Positions 1 to 8,390 of a stretch of DNA of 11,776 nt are shown in pieces (the stretch's first letter is position 1; each line of letters starts with the position of its first letter). Source of the stretch: Methanotrichaceae archaeon (GTDB lineage: Archaea; Halobacteriota; Methanosarcinia; Methanotrichales; Methanotrichaceae); assembly GCA_963754945.1 (NCBI GenBank), contig CAVWIG010000016.1, forward strand, positions 1-11,776. Direction: 5' to 3'. The translations under genes and the position numbers were made by a program. The notes under the pieces are model-generated. The model did no database searches and had not been told where the DNA came from. It saw only the letters and a list, made by a program, of their open reading frames with translations.

Positions 1-194
1 ATAATCCTAAAACATCTATTCAGTAATAATTAGCTAATGGCTGGGGTGTTGTCCGCGATGGAAATAAGTAAATCTTTTTCAGTTAGGGCTCTGTTAGTCC
101 TTTTAGCAATCTATGCACGATTTAACGCTGACGGGTCACAATTGCAAAATATGGTAGATATTAGATACATTAGATATTTATCTCAGGGAGTATC

Positions 195-1886
195 ATGAGA
201 CCGTCTAAGATATTTGTCTATTCGTTGATATCTACGATTATCTTATTCATCGTGGCTAACTTGGCTTTTTGTGAAGGGGACTGGACCGTTCACAAAGATC
301 CTCTTGGGTTTCAGGTTTCTCATCCAAACGGATGGTCGGTTGAAACCCCAGGAAAAGAGTTTATAGTGATAAAGAGTCCAAATGGGTCCGCTTTTGTAAT
401 AATCTATCCATTCATTACAGACCAACAGATCACGGCCATGAATTACTTAAACAAAACGCCATCGATGTTCGCCTCACAATTTCCTGAAGCAAGGATCCAA
501 GGCTTCCAGAGGCTTCTCGAAAGGCCTGAAGAGGTCGTCATGGCCATGAACTATTCGGATGGCATGGGGGTCCAGGGTTCGGCTGCCATTCTATGCGTGC
601 TCGACAATCGTTCTGGCATGCTTTTTGCGATCGCGGCTCCTACCTTGAAGTTTAATGATACAAGCACTACATTAATACGAATTTTAAAAAGCTTTTCTTT
701 CATCAAGCCGGAAAGCTCACAGAGCCAAAATGTTCAGTACGCCGTCTGGAAAGACCCTAAGAAAGATGCCTTTAGCATAGATGTGCCTTCGGGCTGGAAC
801 ATAACAGGCGGACTCTTAGAGCCAAATCCTGGGGACCTGAGGCTAGGCGTGGAGATTGACTCACCGGATAACAAGGTGGGCGTAATTTATGGAGATACGA
901 GAATACCCCTATACATCTCAATGAGCGGAAAGCCAGACAGTCTGGGACTGGTAGACGGCACAGAATACTTTCCGGAATACAATCTATACCTCAAAGCAAA
1001 ACAATACATGACGGGCAAAGAGTTTGCAAAGGCTTATGCGGAATTCGTACTGAAGGACATACCCGGAGTCGTCTACAGTGGTGATCAGGATCGACAGGAT
1101 CTTTCTCAAGCCATTAACGAGGTTTATAGACAGTCGGGTCTGCCTTTGGAGGTCAACGCTGGAGAGACCACGTTCACCATAGAGGCCAACGGAGAGCGTT
1201 GGCAAGGATACTGCTTGGCGGTAACTGAAATGAGAGATCTAGGCTCGGGCAGCTACCTCTGGCAGGTATCGAAATTGATAGGCTACATAGCTCCAGACTC
1301 TAGAGAGCTGTTGGCTCGTTCTGTCTTGGAAAGAGCGGTTCGCTCCTTCCAGTACAACAGCGAGTGGACACAGAACCAGAAGGCTCAGAATTATCAGGGT
1401 CAATATCCAAGCACTATGGTCAATCAAAGCGCGTATCCAGGTACTGCATCCCAAAGCCAATATCCAAGCATAGTAAGCAAACAAGGCCAATATCCTGGTG
1501 CTTTTTCCGGCCAGGGCCAATACACGGGCTCGATTAATCCTGTCCAATATCCCATCAGTCCTGCTTATTCCTCGCCCTATGCCGGAAGCAGCATCGATGC
1601 TAGCTCAGACGTCAGCAACATTATAACTGAGACCTATAACAACCGGGAGAAGACTATGGATGATCTATCCAACAAGTGGTCCAACACCATTCTAGGAACA
1701 ACGGATTTGAGAGATCCAAATACTGGAGAGGTCACCAGTGTTGAATCCGGAAGCAACTATTACTGGAAAGACAATCACGACACCGTCTGGGGAACTCAAA
1801 CCGCAGAGAGCCCTTCCCCAAGTGTGGATTTTACTCCCCTTCAGGAGGTAACGTATTCCTCTTCGGAGACCACTACTGAGACCTAA
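195..1886 (+). CDS. Secreted hypothetical protein, 563 aa, with two PsbP-like/DUF1795-like domains and a Gln/Tyr/Pro repeat linker
   Basis: Long ORF with GGGAG RBS just upstream. Signal peptide MRPSKIFVYSLISTIILFIVANLAFC. Two similar domain starts: WTVHKDPLGFQVSHPNGWSV and YAVWKDPKKDAFSIDVPSGWNI. The fold is assigned by motif resemblance only. Confidence 0.8.
   Translation: MRPSKIFVYSLISTIILFIVANLAFCEGDWTVHKDPLGFQVSHPNGWSVETPGKEFIVIKSPNGSAFVIIYPFITDQQITAMNYLNKTPSMFASQFPEARIQGFQRLLERPEEVVMAMNYSDGMGVQGSAAILCVLDNRSGMLFAIAAPTLKFNDTSTTLIRILKSFSFIKPESSQSQNVQYAVWKDPKKDAFSIDVPSGWNITGGLLEPNPGDLRLGVEIDSPDNKVGVIYGDTRIPLYISMSGKPDSLGLVDGTEYFPEYNLYLKAKQYMTGKEFAKAYAEFVLKDIPGVVYSGDQDRQDLSQAINEVYRQSGLPLEVNAGETTFTIEANGERWQGYCLAVTEMRDLGSGSYLWQVSKLIGYIAPDSRELLARSVLERAVRSFQYNSEWTQNQKAQNYQGQYPSTMVNQSAYPGTASQSQYPSIVSKQGQYPGAFSGQGQYTGSINPVQYPISPAYSSPYAGSSIDASSDVSNIITETYNNREKTMDDLSNKWSNTILGTTDLRDPNTGEVTSVESGSNYYWKDNHDTVWGTQTAESPSPSVDFTPLQEVTYSSSETTTET
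1395..1560 (+). repeat. Six degenerate 9-10 aa tandem repeats (Q-x-Q-Y-P core) inside the 563-aa CDS
   Basis: Translation QGQYPSTMVN QSAYPGTAS QSQYPSIVSK QGQYPGAFSG QGQYTGSIN PVQYP. The DNA 13-mer CAATATCCAAGCA occurs at 1401 and 1458. Confidence 0.8.
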
Positions 1887-2000
1887 TCTTTATGGCTCTT
1901 CGCTATTTCCCTTATTGCGAAAACGCGTCTAATATATCACAAATAATTAAAACTTGTTGGCTATGAAATGATCATCTAGCATTCATATGAGTATCATCTC

Positions 2001-2019
2001 AAAACAAAGCTTAATAAAT
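2001..2019 (+). promoter_or_regulatory. Putative archaeal BRE/TATA promoter of the AbrB-like gene
   Basis: AAAACAAAGC-TTAATAAAT lies about 32 nt upstream of ATG 2052. Confidence 0.5.
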
Positions 2020-2051
2020 CCGGCTCATAACGTATAATTGAAGATGAACCC

Positions 2052-2252
2052 ATGTCGATAACTCAGATCGATGCCAATGGAAGGGTATTGTTGCCGTTGG
2101 GGATCAGATACCAGCTAGGCCTAAATAACGGAGACGAGCTAGCAGTGGACGAGCTAGGAGATGGCACAATCATACTCAAAAAAATCGATCGCAGATTGCG
2201 TTTCCAAGAATGGTTGAATAAAGAGCTGAAGAATGAAATAGATAGAAAGTGA
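2052..2252 (+). CDS. AbrB/MazE/SpoVT-family DNA-binding protein, 66 aa
   Basis: Swapped-hairpin signature QIDANGRVLLPLGIRYQLGLNNGDELAV...GTIILKK. Confidence 0.9.
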   Translation: MSITQIDANGRVLLPLGIRYQLGLNNGDELAVDELGDGTIILKKIDRRLRFQEWLNKELKNEIDRK

Positions 2253-2477
2253 CTCGGTGTTCAATGCGAGTCAATTTCGAAGACATAACTCCAAAATAAA
2301 CCGAGATCAATCATTAATATGGGCACCGAAAACCCTGCAACAAAGTATAAGTTAAGCAAGGTACTGCGTGTTAAGCAGCCACGCAAGTTGCCCTGCCCCA
2401 AAGGTTAATATTCCTAAGTTGGATTTATGAACTCTATCTACCGAATCAGTGTGATTATCGGTGAATGAATCATGCGG

Positions 2478-4683
2478 TCACTTTGCCAGCTCTTGTATCA
2501 ATTTTACCACATCCTCTTGAGTATGAAGATTGAACCTCGCTTTAGATTGAGTCATTCCAACCTTGATTGAGTAAGCAGTTTCTGGAAGAACGTTGAATAA
2601 ATCCTCATCGGTCCAATCATCTCCTACAGCCATTATAAAATCAAAATGGTTCTCCGAGATCCAATTTGATCCTGCATCGCCTTTATTCATGCCGGGATTC
2701 CGAACTTCAATAACCTTCCTGCCTTGTAGTATCTGCACACCGATATTGGCGGTGAAATTCACTAAATCATCCATGAGCTCTTTGGCCACTATAGATGCCA
2801 TCTCCGGGTCAGCCATGCGGTAATGCCACGCCAGGGAGAACTCCTTATCCTCCACAAACGAACCAGGCAGCCGGTCGGCGTAAGTCTCTAGAAGAGGAAG
2901 GATCTTCGGCTTCCAATCATTGTTCAACTGCTTTAGCATCCTCCAGTCTTCTTTTTTCTTCCGGATCCATATCCCGTGTTCTGCTACCAAACCTACGTCC
3001 AGCGCACCAAACCAGCTTTGCAGGGTAATTTTGTCGCGACCGCTTATTAGGACAACTTCATTTTTGGGATTATCTGAGATGAGTTTTATGGTCTTCAGCA
3101 GTTCATCTGTTGGTTTTGCCAATTGAGGGTACTTCTCTAGTTTAGAAAGGGTCCCATCGTAATCCAGGAGGAGAAGCCTGTGCTCTGCATTGTTGAAATC
3201 AATGACGAGTTGTTCCTTTGTAGAAGAACCAAGCAGCTTATAATTTAAGCCTCGTTCTTCTTCCTTAAGTGTTAGCAGAGACTGAATGAAGCTATCCGCC
3301 CAGTGAATGACATCATGGCGCTTGAGCCTGGCTTGCATGACACGAATGCTCCTCACTTTTTCCTCCTCTGGCATCTCAAGTGCTTGTTTCAAGGCAATGG
3401 CGATCTCACCTACGTCGTTAGGATTTATGATAATTGCTTCTCTGACCTCCTTGGAAGCGCCGGCCATTTCGCTGAGGATCAATACGCCTTTCCCATCGGT
3501 CTTGGCGGCTAAATACTCCTTAGCTATGAGGTTCATGCCATCCCTCAGTGGAGTGACAAGCGCGACATCGCTAGAGTCGTACAGGGCGATCAATTTGATG
3601 AAGGGTATGAACTTATAGTGGTATAGTATTGGGGTCCATTTAATTGACCCGAACTTTCCGTTAATGCGGCCAACAAGCTCGTCTATCTGCCTTTTCATCT
3701 GTTGGTACTGTTCCACTCTTGTGCGTGATGGAACAACTATCATGATTAGCACCACCTTTCCTGACCATTGAGGGTTTCTTTCGAGAAATTCTTCGTAGCC
3801 TTGTAAGCGGTTCAGAATTCCCTTTGTGTAATCAAGTCGGTCAATCGAAAGGACAACCTTACTGCCGGCCAATATCGTTTGAAGTTCAGCATTCTCAGCT
3901 TTAACCTCAGCAAGTGACGGAGCATCGTGGAACTTTTGAAATTCAATTCCCATAGGGAATGTTTCTGCTTTCACTGGGCGACCGCTAATGATTATTCGGC
4001 CCATATTGTGTTCGTGCCCAAGTATGCGTAACACACACCTCAGGAAATACTGCGTGTAATCATGCGTATGGAATCCTATTAGATCCGCCCCAAGAAGGCC
4101 TTCCAGTATCCTTACGCCAAACACTCGGTATGAGTCGAAATACTTCAAACGACGGAAATGGTATATGAAGGAAGAATCCTATGGGAACACCCGGGAACCT
4201 ATCACGTATCAGTTTAGGAAGCAACATCAAATGATAGTCGTGAATCCATACTACATCGTCTGGTCGCAATATCTCCGTTATTGCCTCGCAGAATTTTTCG
4301 TTTACCTGCTTATAGCTGAGCCAATACTCTTCGTCATAAGATACGTTAGATGTGAAATAGTGAAAGAGCGGCCAGACTGTTCTGTTGCAGAATCCCAAAT
4401 AGAATTTATCCATAGCTTTTTCTGAAATGAAAACGGGATACGAATGCAGCTCAGAATGAATTCTGGATTTTAATTCATCTTTCATTTTCTCTTTAATTGT
4501 AGTTCCCGGCCAGCCCAGCCATGCATAATCATTAATGGATTTGGTCGAAGGCGAACTTCTTGGTGAGTCTAAATAGGATTTTAACCCCGAGACCAGGCCA
4601 CCCACGCTCTCCTTAAAGTTTAACGACCCTCCTTCTTCGACAACTGTAATTGGTAAACGATTTGAAACAATCAAGAGTCTCAT
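2478..4683 (-). pseudogene. otsAB: Bifunctional trehalose-6-phosphate synthase (GT20)/trehalose-6-phosphate phosphatase (HAD IIB), interrupted by one frameshift near 4110. It may be a real pseudogene or a sequencing error. About 735 aa if repaired.
   Basis: ORF 4060..4683 has the TPS N-terminus (LLIVSNRLP, GGLVSG, WLGWPG, WIHDYHLMLLP, IGFFLHIPFPS). ORF 2478..4148 continues with LEGLLGADLIGFHT, IDRLDYTKGI, LRDGMNLIAKEY and then the TPP motifs LLDYDGTL, ISGR, AEHG and VGDDWTDED. RBS GGAGGTGG at 4698..4691. Confidence 0.93.
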
Positions 4684-5000
4684 GCATTATCCACCTCCAA
4701 ATCAATCGAGCAAATAGGGCAATACGCTCGTAGTTAAGAGCCCATTGCCGATCGATTTACTCCTCCTTCTGTTATTGCCGGATTGGTATTCGACTTTTGT
4801 CGATATCGACATTCAACGAATATGAATCTTTCGGTTAAGCGTCAACACATGTGGTTTAGAATCCGGACCGTGACTGACCCTTAGAATTGCCAGAGGTAAA
4901 CGGTCTCTGTGATCTTTTTACATCAGAATAATCGTGAAGATGTGAATCAATTTATCAGCCTAAATTTGCAAATTACATGGATCTAAGGCTGCTAATCCTC

Positions 5001-5046
5001 CAACCAATATGTTTAAAGTTCAAAGAGAGCATGACCTGGGTGGAGG
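5001..5046 (+). promoter_or_regulatory. Putative TATA box (TTTAAA, 5012-5017) and RBS (GGAGG, 5042-5046) of hpt
   Basis: Their positions fit a start at ATG 5054 rather than 5009. Confidence 0.5.
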
Positions 5047-5053
5047 CAAAAGA

Positions 5054-5614
5054 ATGCTCGAGCGGCTAAAAAAATCCCTCCTTGAAGCGCCTGTCTTCAA
5101 ACGAGGTGAGTACAACTACTTCATCCATCCTATTACCGATGGAGTTCCCGAGATAAAACCGGATCTGATCAGAGAGATTGTTGGTCATATAGTGCGAATA
5201 GCCGATCTGGAAGTCGATAAAATCGTAACCATTGAGGCCATGGGAATCCCCATCTGCATGGCTCTCTCACTCATAACTGATATACCGCTAGTCATCATCC
5301 GAAAGAGGAAGTATGGCCTGCCTGGGGAGATCGAAGCCAGCCAGATAACGGGCTACTCCAAGTCCCAGCTCTTCCTAAACGGCATAAAGCAGGGCGATAG
5401 AGTCGTCGTAGTGGATGACGTAGTTAGCACAGGTGGAACTCTAATGGCCACTCTGAGCGGATTGAAAGCCGCCGGAGCCGAGGTAAAAGATGTAGTGGTG
5501 GTGATTCAGCGAGGAGAAGGCGCCGAAAAACTGAGGCGTCAGGGTTACAGCATCAAGACCATGGTCAAAGTGGACGTCAACGACAAAAGGGTGTACCAGG
5601 TATCTGAGACTTGA
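5054..5614 (+). CDS. hpt: Archaeal hypoxanthine/guanine phosphoribosyltransferase (type I PRTase)
   Basis: Methanogen-type N-terminus [32 protein letters not shown], plus [17 protein letters not shown] and the PRPP-binding loop [13 protein letters not shown]. Start moved to 5054 because of the RBS. Confidence 0.92.
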   Translation: MLERLKKSLLEAPVFKRGEYNYFIHPITDGVPEIKPDLIREIVGHIVRIADLEVDKIVTIEAMGIPICMALSLITDIPLVIIRKRKYGLPGEIEASQITGYSKSQLFLNGIKQGDRVVVVDDVVSTGGTLMATLSGLKAAGAEVKDVVVVIQRGEGAEKLRRQGYSIKTMVKVDVNDKRVYQVSET

Positions 5615-5663
5615 TCGAACGGACCGCCCACGTTTCGAGCTGATCAAGATAGAAGTGAAATGA

Positions 5664-5906
5664 ATGAGCCGAGATCTTGAGATCGACCTAAGGAGCGAGA
5701 CCCTAAAATGGCTGGGAAAAGCGGAGTGTCTCTTTGGTAGGATTTCGCCAAAGGACAATCGTTTTGCAGAGAACATAGCTGCTTACCTGTCGGACTCTCG
5801 GCATTTCCTGGATAACGGTGACTTGATCAGGGCCTTCGAGGCTGTGATTTGGGCCTGGGCTTGGATGGAGATAGGCACGGAGATTGGCGTTCTGGTTGAA
5901 ACGTGA
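5664..5906 (+). CDS. DUF357 domain-containing protein, 80 aa
   Basis: Characteristic AYLSDSRHFLDNGDLIRAFEAVIWAWAWMEIG. It follows hpt on the same strand. Confidence 0.88.
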   Translation: MSRDLEIDLRSETLKWLGKAECLFGRISPKDNRFAENIAAYLSDSRHFLDNGDLIRAFEAVIWAWAWMEIGTEIGVLVET

Positions 5907-5953
5907 ATGAACTTTGGAGAGACTACTCAGGTGGCGCAGAAGAGGCTTTTTCA

Positions 5954-6079
5954 TCAACCGACGATTCTTGCCCTGCAATCTGACACAATGGCTCTTGCCT
6001 CTTGATGGAAAAGTGCCTTACCTCCGTACTGCATGCCCTTAATAGACCTACCGCACTTTATACACCCTGCCACATCCAA
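5954..6079 (-). CDS. Possible small CxxC (zinc-knuckle-like) protein, 41 aa, perhaps frameshifted
   Basis: Manual translation from TTG 6079: (M)DVAGCIKCGRSIKGMQYGGKALFHQEARAIVSDCRARIVG*. AAGGGG lies upstream, and the ORF fills an otherwise empty 300-nt gap. Confidence 0.3.
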   Translation of the reverse strand: MDVAGCIKCGRSIKGMQYGGKALFHQEARAIVSDCRARIVG

Positions 6080-6209
6080 GAATTGCCCCTTCTAAGGTCC
6101 ACCTTCATAGGACATCGTCTCATTTGGTGGGAGTTGTCAAAATCCTGCACAGAAGTGAGCAAAAGTATTTAATAGAACTCTGCAATGCGGGTAGTAAAGG
6201 ATTCTGAAG

Positions 6210-6572
6210 ATGTCCGATTGCGCTCATAGAGATTGCGGTACCCAGGAGAAGGTGTGGTTGCCCTATTTCTATAAAGGCAGAGAACGGGGTCTGAAGCCGC
6301 ACCCCTGTTGTGCCGAATGCGGCCTCGTTAAGAACCTATCATCCGAGCGCCCGAGGCAGATCGGTTACTTCATAAATCTGATTGCCAAGATTGGAAACCG
6401 CTACAAGATTGCCAAGGTTCAGGTTCGTCTAATGGTACTAGAAATGCAACAACATGGGCTGGAAGATTCATACGAAATGGACAGACAGCAGCAAGAGAAG
6501 CTCTTTTTGAAGATAGCGAAAAGATGTCTGAACGTTCCTGAGAGGGTCATACTAGAACTTATAGGCTCATGA
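6210..6572 (+). CDS. Archaeal hypothetical protein, 120 aa, with a putative metal-binding N-terminus
   Basis: CAHxxC...VWLP...HPCCAECGLVKN motif followed by a helical region. BRE/TATA-like AAAAGTATTTAATAG at 6161-6175. It resembles a family I recall from methanogens (unverified). Confidence 0.8.
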   Translation: MSDCAHRDCGTQEKVWLPYFYKGRERGLKPHPCCAECGLVKNLSSERPRQIGYFINLIAKIGNRYKIAKVQVRLMVLEMQQHGLEDSYEMDRQQQEKLFLKIAKRCLNVPERVILELIGS

Positions 6573-6604
6573 CCTTCAACTTCAAGGAAGGACGGAGATA
6601 GAAG

Positions 6605-7139
6605 ATGCTCTTATTTGCCCACCTGGGTTTGACCCTGGCGGCTGGCCGGTTCATGAGATGGGCTGACCTGGCTTTTCTGGCCTTGGGGTCGATGCTGCCG
6701 GACATTATCGACAAGCCCCTGGGCCTGTTGGCCTTCGGGACGCCAGCCGCCGGTCGGACGATCGGCCATACGTTACTGTTCCTTCTGGTCCTGGCGGCAT
6801 TGGCCTTCTATTTGAAAAACCTCAGGCTGGCGTCCGTTTCCATCGGGGTTCTGGCTCATCTAACGTTGGACTTCATGTGGCAGTCGCCCGTCATCCTGTT
6901 CTGGCCGTTGCTGGGAAACTTTCCCATAGTTCGTAGAGCTGGGGGTCTCCGATTATTTGCAGGCACTGATCTACGGCCTGAGGAACCCCATGGTGGGAGT
7001 GCCAGAGGTCCTGGGGCTGTCTTACCTTATCCTCTTGGCTTTCGAGTCCAAGCATGCCATTGCCGCAAGATGGCGGAATATGGTCGCTATTGGCCGGGAC
7101 ATAAAGGCTGCTGTTCAGACTCTGATCAAGATAGATTAG
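6605..7139 (+). pseudogene. Membrane-bound metal-dependent hydrolase (YdjM/DUF457-like) with an apparent +1 frameshift near 6930. About 177 aa if repaired.
   Basis: Motifs MLLFAHLG, GSMLPDIIDKP, GRTIGHTLLF, LAHLTLDFMW and LFWPLLG. The frame ending at 7139 supplies a plausible C-terminus (VELGVSDYLQALIYGLRNPMVGVPEVLGLSYLILLAF). The original frame turns into junk-like sequence and runs over the next promoter. Confidence 0.8.
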
Positions 7140-7140
7140 A

Positions 7141-7157
7141 AACAAAGTTTATAAATA
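7141..7157 (+). promoter_or_regulatory. BRE/TATA promoter of the TPR-CPBP operon
   Basis: AACAAAG-TTTATAAATA, a near-consensus archaeal TATA box about 33 nt upstream of ATG 7191. Confidence 0.7.
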
Positions 7158-7190
7158 TCGATCTGATCTAACCCACCTACGATCGCAATA

Positions 7191-8390
7191 ATGAGTTTTA
7201 AAACGAGGCTCACAGCCCTGATGGCCTTAGGGGTGTTCTTGTCATTAGCCCTGGGAACGGCATCGAGCGGAGGCTCTTCCGATCCGACTTTTCGATCCAA
7301 AGTGGCAACCGACCTCGGGACGACGGTAAAACTGGATCCTGTTTACGAGCGCATCAATTCAACTTCAACCTATAAAATCATCGCCCATGGGGATGGCAAC
7401 GTGTCATGGTCGTTCAGCAGGGCAGGAAAGAGCGACTCGGGTTTGATCTATTCAAGCGGAAGGCTGGTCGTGGGAAGCCAAGACAATTTCGGCCCTGAGG
7501 TTGGGGATAGGATTGAGGGTGAACTGAAAACCGAAATAGGCCTGCTGAATTCGACCCAAAAGATTTCAGACGATCTGAGACGAAAGGCCACGGAGAACGC
7601 ATCGTACTATTCCGGGGATGGTCTGGTCGATGCCAGGACCTGGGACAGCTGCGGCAATCTATTGTCTAAGAGCGGCCGCTACGATCGGTCCCTCCTCTAT
7701 TACAACAGGTCCATCAAGGCCGATCCCTCGATCCCTGACCCCTGGAACAATCGTGGGGTGGCGTTCAGAAACCTGGGGAAGTACGTTCAAGCGGTTGCTT
7801 CATTCACCAGGGCTCTCAACCTCAGCCCCAACAGCAGTATCGTATGGAATGGCAAAGGCGAATCTCTGTACAGGCTTGGCAAGCTTCCTGAGGCTATGGA
7901 GTGTTTCAATCGATCAATTCGCCTGGACCCGAGTGCTCCTGCCTGGTACAATAAAGGGGTTATCCTCTCGGGACTGGGCAGATACAACGAAGCCCTGGAT
8001 TGTTATAACCAGTCGATACCGCTCGATCCCTACGACGCCGAGGCCTGGAACAACGAGGGCGTTATATTGGCAAAGCTGGGCAAAAACGAGAGTGCTCTGA
8101 GCTGCTTCAACCATGCATCCACCCTCGACCAGAAATTTGGGGGCGCCTGGGCTAATGGTGGTATGGTCCTTCATGCCATTGGGCTCGAGAACAAGTCTCA
8201 GGATGCATTTTCGGTGGCCAAGAGGCTGGGGTATTCCAAGACAAATGACTATTACCTGGCTCAGACCCTGCCCCCCGCCCTTCTGGATGAAACTAAGAAA
8301 TCCCAGGGGCCTGGCGTTGCCGCTTCGGTTGCGCTATTGTCCCTTGTGAGCCTCTTGCTGGTTCAGAAGAAAAGATGGGGATTCAAGTGA
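7191..8390 (+). CDS. Secreted tetratricopeptide repeat protein (6 TPRs) with a C-terminal membrane anchor or sorting-signal-like tail
   Basis: Signal peptide MSFKTRLTALMALGVFLSLALGTA. Six 33-34 aa repeats (W-x-N-x-G...LG-x-Y-x-x-A...DP). 11 N-x-S/T sequons. Tail KKSQGPG-VAASVALLSLVSLLLVQ-KKRWGFK. Confidence 0.9.
   Translation: MSFKTRLTALMALGVFLSLALGTASSGGSSDPTFRSKVATDLGTTVKLDPVYERINSTSTYKIIAHGDGNVSWSFSRAGKSDSGLIYSSGRLVVGSQDNFGPEVGDRIEGELKTEIGLLNSTQKISDDLRRKATENASYYSGDGLVDARTWDSCGNLLSKSGRYDRSLLYYNRSIKADPSIPDPWNNRGVAFRNLGKYVQAVASFTRALNLSPNSSIVWNGKGESLYRLGKLPEAMECFNRSIRLDPSAPAWYNKGVILSGLGRYNEALDCYNQSIPLDPYDAEAWNNEGVILAKLGKNESALSCFNHASTLDQKFGGAWANGGMVLHAIGLENKSQDAFSVAKRLGYSKTNDYYLAQTLPPALLDETKKSQGPGVAASVALLSLVSLLLVQKKRWGFK

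Noticed and set aside
84-97. TAGGGCTCTGTTAG, resembling an IS903/IS5-type terminal repeat
   Set aside because: The match is only about 9 bp, with no partner repeat or transposase next to it.
4060-4148. Programmed ribosomal frameshift joining the two TPS ORFs
   Set aside because: There is no slippery heptamer or homopolymer at the junction. The break falls mid-domain, and a simple 2-nt loss restores the consensus.
2593-4425. Plus-strand ORFs opposite TPS-TPP
   Set aside because: They are antisense shadows of a conserved enzyme gene.
4700-5000. Structured ncRNA or riboswitch in the TPS/hpt divergent gap
   Set aside because: No tRNA, SRP, RNase P or riboswitch consensus and no long stem was seen by eye. 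An Infernal/Rfam scan would be needed to exclude it fully.
5009-5053. N-terminal extension of Hpt from ATG 5009
   Set aside because: It overlaps the likely TATA box and RBS, and the family-like sequence begins at MLERLKKS (5054).
5610-5648. Imperfect inverted repeat between hpt and DUF357 as a terminator
   Set aside because: The pairing is short and interrupted with no U-tract, and the two genes look co-transcribed.
7618-8349. Alternative-frame ORFs (7618..8100, 8113..8349) and antisense ORFs within the TPR gene
   Set aside because: They are shadows of a well-supported CDS and show no recognisable motifs.
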